DNA of 56,974 nt, filler included, from Sphacelaria rigidula (lineage: Eukaryota): assembly GCA_964200075.2 (NCBI GenBank). It is 6 parts of 6 records of this genome, joined end to end, with 100 filler letters (N's around TTAATTAATTAA, not from the genome) between each part and the next. Parts side by side here need not be neighbours in the genome. Positions count along the whole stretch, not along the records: positions 47,564 to 56,974 come from CAXNAA020008566.1; 5 more parts are not named here. One strand, given 5' to 3'. Position 1 is the first letter of the stretch; each line of letters opens with the position of its first letter. Shown here one piece after another: positions 50,761-56,974 of this stretch. The notes under the pieces were generated by a model. The model saw only the letters and a list, made by a program, of their open reading frames with translations. It did not search any database and was not told the DNA's origin. The position numbers and the translations under genes are program-made.

Positions 50761-53700
50761 CAAGAAACGAAGTTTTTACTTGTTTTTTTATTTTTTATTA
50801 CAGAGGTATAGACACTCGGGTACTTTACTCGAGTATTCCGAAGTACATACTCTACTCGACCTGCCCTTTAGCTTTTTGCAGTCTAAAATCAAGTACTCGT
50901 ACTCATGCTGACAACCATGAATATACGCCCAAAGCTTTAGGTCTGCTTGCTTCGGCAGTACACCTGAAGAAATGTCCTTATCCCTTAGACCGGGAGAGTA
51001 GTCTTTCTGGACCATGCATGCTTTTTTTCACTCGAAATTGATGCCGATTCAACAGAAGACTAACCTCGCGGTCGAAGGGTTCAACGATGATTGGTACTCG
51101 ATCTGACTTGATATCAGTCTGAAGAAACTTCTGATAAACTTCATGGTTTGGGGCAGGTGCTCGCAGGTGAGCAGTAGACTCCCGTCCAGAACGTGTTTTG
51201 ATCCAAAATCGGCGCCTGCGGCGTCGATTTGAGCTCTCTGGCAACGCACACTTTGTCTAGAAAACACGCTGCACCCCCACTTACCCGAGGGTTTGCGGTA
51301 TTCCTTGATCGGGGTTAGGGTTAGGGCGTGTCTTGGCACTTTTTTTTCGATCGAAAAATTGGGGCGGTGGAATCGATTTGAGCAGAATTTTCCCGTTTTC
51401 GATGCAGTCGGGTCCACAAAGATTTTCAAGCTTTCGATCGAAAAAAAACAGTGAAATTCGTGAAACGGTACATGGTCACTCGTGTACACGATAGCCCCTC
51501 CTCCAAACCAGCCCCCAAGACTGTCACGAAGAGAATGGTCACACAACGCATAATAGCTGATCTCAGACTGGATGACGCGCCTCCGATAGGCGACAGTGGC
51601 GAAAACTATCCCGACCGTGGGGTTCCCAGCTGCTCGGTGTCCCGGCTTTCATGTTGATTTGCATATAGATTCTGGCTCCTCAAAACCAGTCAATTTCTTG
51701 CGCGGAGGGCTACCGCGGCATCACTCATACGTAACTTATACAACAGTGCACTGATGAGAACCGATAAATACTATGACCGAAAAGAGTGCCAAAATGACAC
51801 GGATAGTTTCGGCACATCGTCAAAGATATGGGGACGCCCGCAACGGTTATTCGTACTTTAGTTGAAATTCAAACTACCGCTTTATAACATATACGGAGAC
51901 CACGTGAAACATGGAATGATGGTACGCTGCTGGGTAGGGTGCCGCATAACACACGCGTGCCTTTGTGGATGGGTACTGTATCATACATCTGATGGCTCAT
52001 GAATTCGTGACTTGCATCCCACGAGGTGTTCAGCAAATGAGGACACATTGTGACTCGGGCCACGAAAGCCATTCGTAAAATGTGAGGTAAAGGTTGGCTC
52101 CGTGTTACGACAGTACCCCGATTCAAACCAGTTTAAGCTAGCGTTGTGGAGAGAATCACTTGGAGACAGCAGCGGTTCCACGTCCTATATTATCAAAAAT
52201 GACTTGAGTTCAGACTGAAAGACTCTGATGTATACGAGTTAGAGTCGAGCGATGAGGTGAAGTTTCCTGAGAATCCGGGGTACACGGGGGTGCACCCCAC
52301 CCTCACTACCTTGAGCAGACTACAACGGCAGAGCAACACTTGTCCGCATGGAAGAGAGCGAATGAAAGAGACGTGTCCGTGCGTTCAGTGTTTGAAACTT
52401 CGTGTTTTATGTGCCATGATGCTACAGTACTGTACCATGACACTTTGCGTCCAGTGTTCGAAACTTCAGTGTCGATAAGGGTCGCGTCATCACACCACGA
52501 CACTGACACTTTGCTGCTTGCTGGTATCCATTTCATACATGCTATCTCCCTTCCATTTTTTGTTGTTGTTGTGTTCCGCGACCGTGCGCACACGGATACT
52601 CGCGGGTGCACGGGAATCACGTTTCGAAAGAACGTGATTGGAGGCAGAAATTACGGCGAACTTGATAATTGGAAATGAAGAGACTATTGCATATTATTAG
52701 ATTCAAGTCTTGCAATCGTCGCCTGTTTTTCTACTTCCATGAAACAGATTCGCAACAATCAGTTTTCTAGAGCTCGGAAATGGCTCGTCTAACCATTGAC
52801 CAGTTGAATGGTCACGCGTAGCGCACTCATTAACCACTTAAATGGTACATAATGGTTTCGGTCATCGAGCGGCGCAGCCGCGAGCCAAGAAGCTTCTCTC
52901 CAGCAGAGGGTGTACTCATGATCATGCATGCCATAGTCCAGAGGGGGGGAACGCTGGAGGCGCCGTGCCGGAGGCACATTTGTACGCGAATTGGCTTTCT
53001 TCACTTGAGCTGAAAATACGTCAATTTTGGGCCAATTTCAAGGGCTGTATGTAGCATACGTAGCCGGTAACGGCCTATAAAGCCGGTAACGGTAAAAAAT
53101 TGTTCGAAATCATTATCCAATTTTTTCATGTTACTGTTACCATTATTACCATTATAATGATGATGGCCAGTTATAACTGGCACCATTTCCGAGCTCTACA
53201 GTTTTCACTTTGTTCCATGCAGCACTGGAATGCGCCACGTGCCGGGCCAGCCGAAAAAACCGCATTCCTTCCGATAACGATAACTTTTGTCAGTTAAACC
53301 CTGATGTAAGAATGTCGATGTGAAGTGCACACCAACCTTCTCATTGCTGAGGCACGCGCTGTCGCTGAAAAAAACAAGAAAGTGTACTACATAATAGATG
53401 ACTCTGACGATGACAACACATAATGGACTCAACGAGAGAACCAGATTGTAGCAAGAAAAAGTATCAATCTGGACCCGAACTCGTGACCTTTCATCATAGT
53501 GGAAGTTTCAAGTCTGTTGTACGAGGTTGACAGCAGGGTGCGTGCCACAACAACAAAAGTCGAATGCCTCTCCCAATTTGAGGACTTTTGAGCCGAAATT
53601 AGACGAGGAACTTCTCCGCGCAAATTGAGAAATGCTAACCTTACTACCGAGCGTCGCGTCAGAACAGTTTCACGGGCTGATGACAGTCCAGGGACACCCG

Positions 53701-55987
53701 TGGGGTATTAGGGGGCGATGGAGGTGGTTTGGGGGGCAGGTGAGCAGTGGTGAGCAGTAGACCCAGCTCGTCCAGAACGTGTTTTGGTCCAAAATCGGCT
53801 CAAAGGCGTCGATATGAGCTCTAGCAACGCAAACTTTGCTTGAGAAACACTTCGCATCCCCCTTGCCCGAGGGTTCTCGGTATCCCTTGGTCGGGGTTAG
53901 GATTAGCGTTAGGGCTGGCATCATCTCCGTAGTTCCAACCATTGTCTAGGTACATTTCTTTAGGGCTCCTCCTGTTCACAGAACAGATGAGAAGCTCACC
54001 AATCAACTATGTGTGCTTGAAATTTCCCCACGAAAAATTATCTCCTCCAGAAAATTATCAAGCCAGGAACGAGACTCGAGAGGAGCGGAGTGACCGTTCT
54101 GACCGGTCACAGGGCCCTTCTTATCCAAGAGGATTATATCCCCTTTCGACAGGGGATTGATCCCATAGCGACCAGTCCTGAGTCCTATCGAGAAGCAACT
54201 TTGTACCGATGAGACCCCAGATCTGCACGCAGATTCAGAAATGCGGCGGGTCTGGAAGTGGTCGTCAGTCCAAGGTCTGTGTAGTGCTGCAGACAAGATG
54301 CAACAAGGCAACACCGCACCTACATACCCAGCCCCGAAAAAACACGCACAGCCACCCACCACTCACGCGCATTAGTTTACTGCTAGCCCTTGCTAACCTA
54401 CCCACGGCAGTCTCTGACGAATATCCGTCCTGTATTGGACGGATGGCGGCCGCGTACGTGTCAAAAACAATCGAAAACGTGTCGTTGCTGACCGTTTTGT
54501 AAGCGTGTGCTGTACGCGCTTCTCACACAAATCATCATTTCTCAACGAATTCTGAACAGATTTGAGCAAGGTCACGCACAACGTGCACAGCTGATGAGCA
54601 GTTACGGCTGGAGCAGGGTACTATTGGTTTGCGAGGCCATCAAGTTCCTCAGGTTCAGCTCTGATTGTGTTGAGTTGTGTGGTCAGCCTTTGCCTGTGCC
54701 CCCGTCAACGGGACCTTTATGTTCCCCTTCGAGGTGCACAGAAATCCCCTTTTCAACAGGGGATTTCAGGAAGGGCTTTTGCGCTTCCTAAAATTCCCTC
54801 AGAAAAGAGGATTTTATGGGGGGGTGTACTCATGATCATGCTTGCCATAGTCATCAGACCATTGACCTCGATTTTACGGGGGTGGGGGGGGAATCGCAGT
54901 GACCAATCAGCGGTCGTTTCCCTAGAACGGGATAATCTCCTTCGTTAAAAAGGGCCCTCAGAGCTATCACAATGCTCACTTTGTTCCCCTACAGGTGGAT
55001 TACAGGTGAACTACAGTACTTCGCTGTCTAGCGGTATTTCTCATTCTGGTATTGAGAAATCAACGACAAATAACATGCGCAAGAACACCATGCTTCGTGA
55101 GTCTGCTCGTCGTCTTTGCCGCCTATACCTCTTTTGTTACCAGCATACCTTCACACTGTAGTGTTATGTGGAGCACTATGCAGAGACACCAGCAGCATGC
55201 AGTAGACTGTTGGTGAAGAGCGAAGACAAACAACACACATACTGACTCCGCACGCCATAGACTGCAGGGTCAAAACCGATCAGGGGTTCTCCGATACTTG
55301 AAAAAAAAATAGGTGCCCAACATCCACACGTTTATGAAGAGGGCGTTGTGTGTAGCGAGAAAAGAACTGTTCTGAACCCCACTGTAGCATGGTCCATCTC
55401 AGTCTACCTACGGGGGGGTCGCTGTCGAGGGAAGTAGCAAGAATTCAAGACTTCATTTTTGTCATCGAGTTATGAATTTTGTTTTTGCCCACAAAATTTC
55501 AATTTCAAATCCCTGTAAGCTTCTTTTTTTTTTTCCTTCGCTGCTTCCATTATTTGCACACCCTGGACAACACATTACACTGTAAAAAAATGTACTGCGT
55601 ACGGTAGGTGATATTTCGTCCATTGCCGTAGACACAATCGTCGATGCTGTACGCAGCACACTTTGTGGCAATGTAATCTCTTGTCCAGGGTACGCTATTT
55701 TCTGCGCATTGATGACAACATCTGGTCAAATTACAGCTCCAAACGAGTGTTCCATTTTTGTTTTGTCACGGGTATGTCTACCCTGTGACCACGACTGGAT
55801 GCCTGGGGGGGGGGGAGGATCAGTTGAAGTACGACTATCAATCAATCAAATATTAAGATGTTGAAATGAAGCATGGCAGAGATGTTCAACCGCCACTCGG
55901 AATTCTTGGCTGGCCCAGCTCGTACTGTACCTACCTTTCTGTCGATGTTCAGACCTTCATTTCTGTCGAACGCACCTGATCACCGCT

Positions 55988-56285
55988 AACAATGTTTTCG
56001 TGAGATTGAGGGTAGAGGATGCGTTCGAGAGTGAAAGACGGTCAATTAGTGAACGAATCATTTCAGTTCCGGAATGATCCTCCACAAGGCCCGCTATTCT
56101 TTCTGTAGTTTGCCACTGAGGCGCATGGTATCACTGAGTAGGATATCGACGTGTGACAGTAAGCACACGGCAGTGATGGAGGCAAAGAAGAGCACACACG
56201 GAACGAAAAATTGGCCAAGTTCAAGCGAGTGATCGAAGGCACTCTCAAATAACGCCCTACTCTCAACCTCGCGAAAACGCTCACT
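55988..56285. mobile_element. Second copy of the ~300-bp MITE
   Basis: Colinear with 4628-4930 (GGTCAATTAGTGAA.GAATC...GCCACTGAGGC...CAGTGATG.AG.CAA.GAA.AGCAC.CACGGAA.GAAAA). Confidence 0.8.
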
Positions 56286-56974
56286 GTCTACGCTATTATC
56301 GCTCATGATGACGTGGTAAGAGAAGATGAAGAAAACACTCATTGTATGTTTTTAACCCTGAATACCGCGAGGGTAGTCCATCTGGACCATGCATACTTTT
56401 CTCAAGTAAAATCAGTGCCATAGGAACAATTGACCTGCCCTCGCCGTCCAAGGGTTTGAGGACACAGTTTCAAGACCGGCACATTTGCCTCGTCTATCTA
56501 TCTGACCGCCTGTGAAGATCATCTGGGTTAATCACTTATTTTCACCTCATAGTGATGCAGATTCAACCAATTACCTACCCTGGCGGTTAAAGGGTTGAGT
56601 ATGACCGAGTAGTGACGTCGAGAAAACTCGTTGGGCAGCACGCCCGTGTATGGAGCGTGGAACTTTAACTAGAACATGCACCCTGCAAATGTGGGCCCTG
56701 CTTGATTCCGTGCTTTTTTTTTTTGCCGCTCCGATGACTCTTACTCGAGTCATACGATTTATCATTTTCCCCGAATAAATCGTTGCACTCAATTCATACG
56801 CGTTCCTCGGAATAATTTTGGAAGTAGTGCGGACGACTTGGAGTCGCACGCGTCAGACTTCGACTGGTCCGACGTGTGCGAGGGGAAATGGCGGCACCAT
56901 AGCCACCCCCCCCCCCCCCAACCAGCCTACCAGGCTAGATGGGGAGATGCCCGCCCTCAACGCCAAGCACGGCC

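Noticed and set aside
51745-51825. Hammerhead-ribozyme-like CTGATGAG...CGAAA
   Set aside because: Stem II and stem I do not pair convincingly; at best a degenerate remnant.

Overview
Eukaryotic, intron-rich and repeat-rich DNA. The spliced gene models, tRNA-derived SINEs and many MITEs are most consistent with a brown alga or related stramenopile; this is inferred from gene and repeat style, not proven. The window is not one locus. It is six contigs of 9413, 9413, 9413, 9412, 9412 and 9411 bp joined by identical 100-bp N44-TTAATTAATTAA-N44 linkers, so it is a length-sorted concatenation and neighbours across linkers are probably unrelated. Three spliced minus-strand genes can be reconstructed by hand. 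(1) A chitin-synthase-like GT2 glycosyltransferase that the ORF track fragments: at least 9 phase-compatible exons (10048-16477) carrying VVDD, GKRNS, DADT, QALEY and QRRRW motifs and downstream TM helices, but with SPDD where chitin synthases have GEDR. (2) A ~689-aa low-complexity PDZ-domain protein (20952-23665). (3) The 5' part of mitochondrial HSP60/cpn60 (39147-43813), truncated by the contig end. The rest comprises a ~138-bp satellite array, tRNA-derived SINEs, many fold-back/TIR elements (one with a perfect 8-bp TSD), a 41-bp minisatellite family and a ~6.5-kb decayed coding-like tract of unknown origin.
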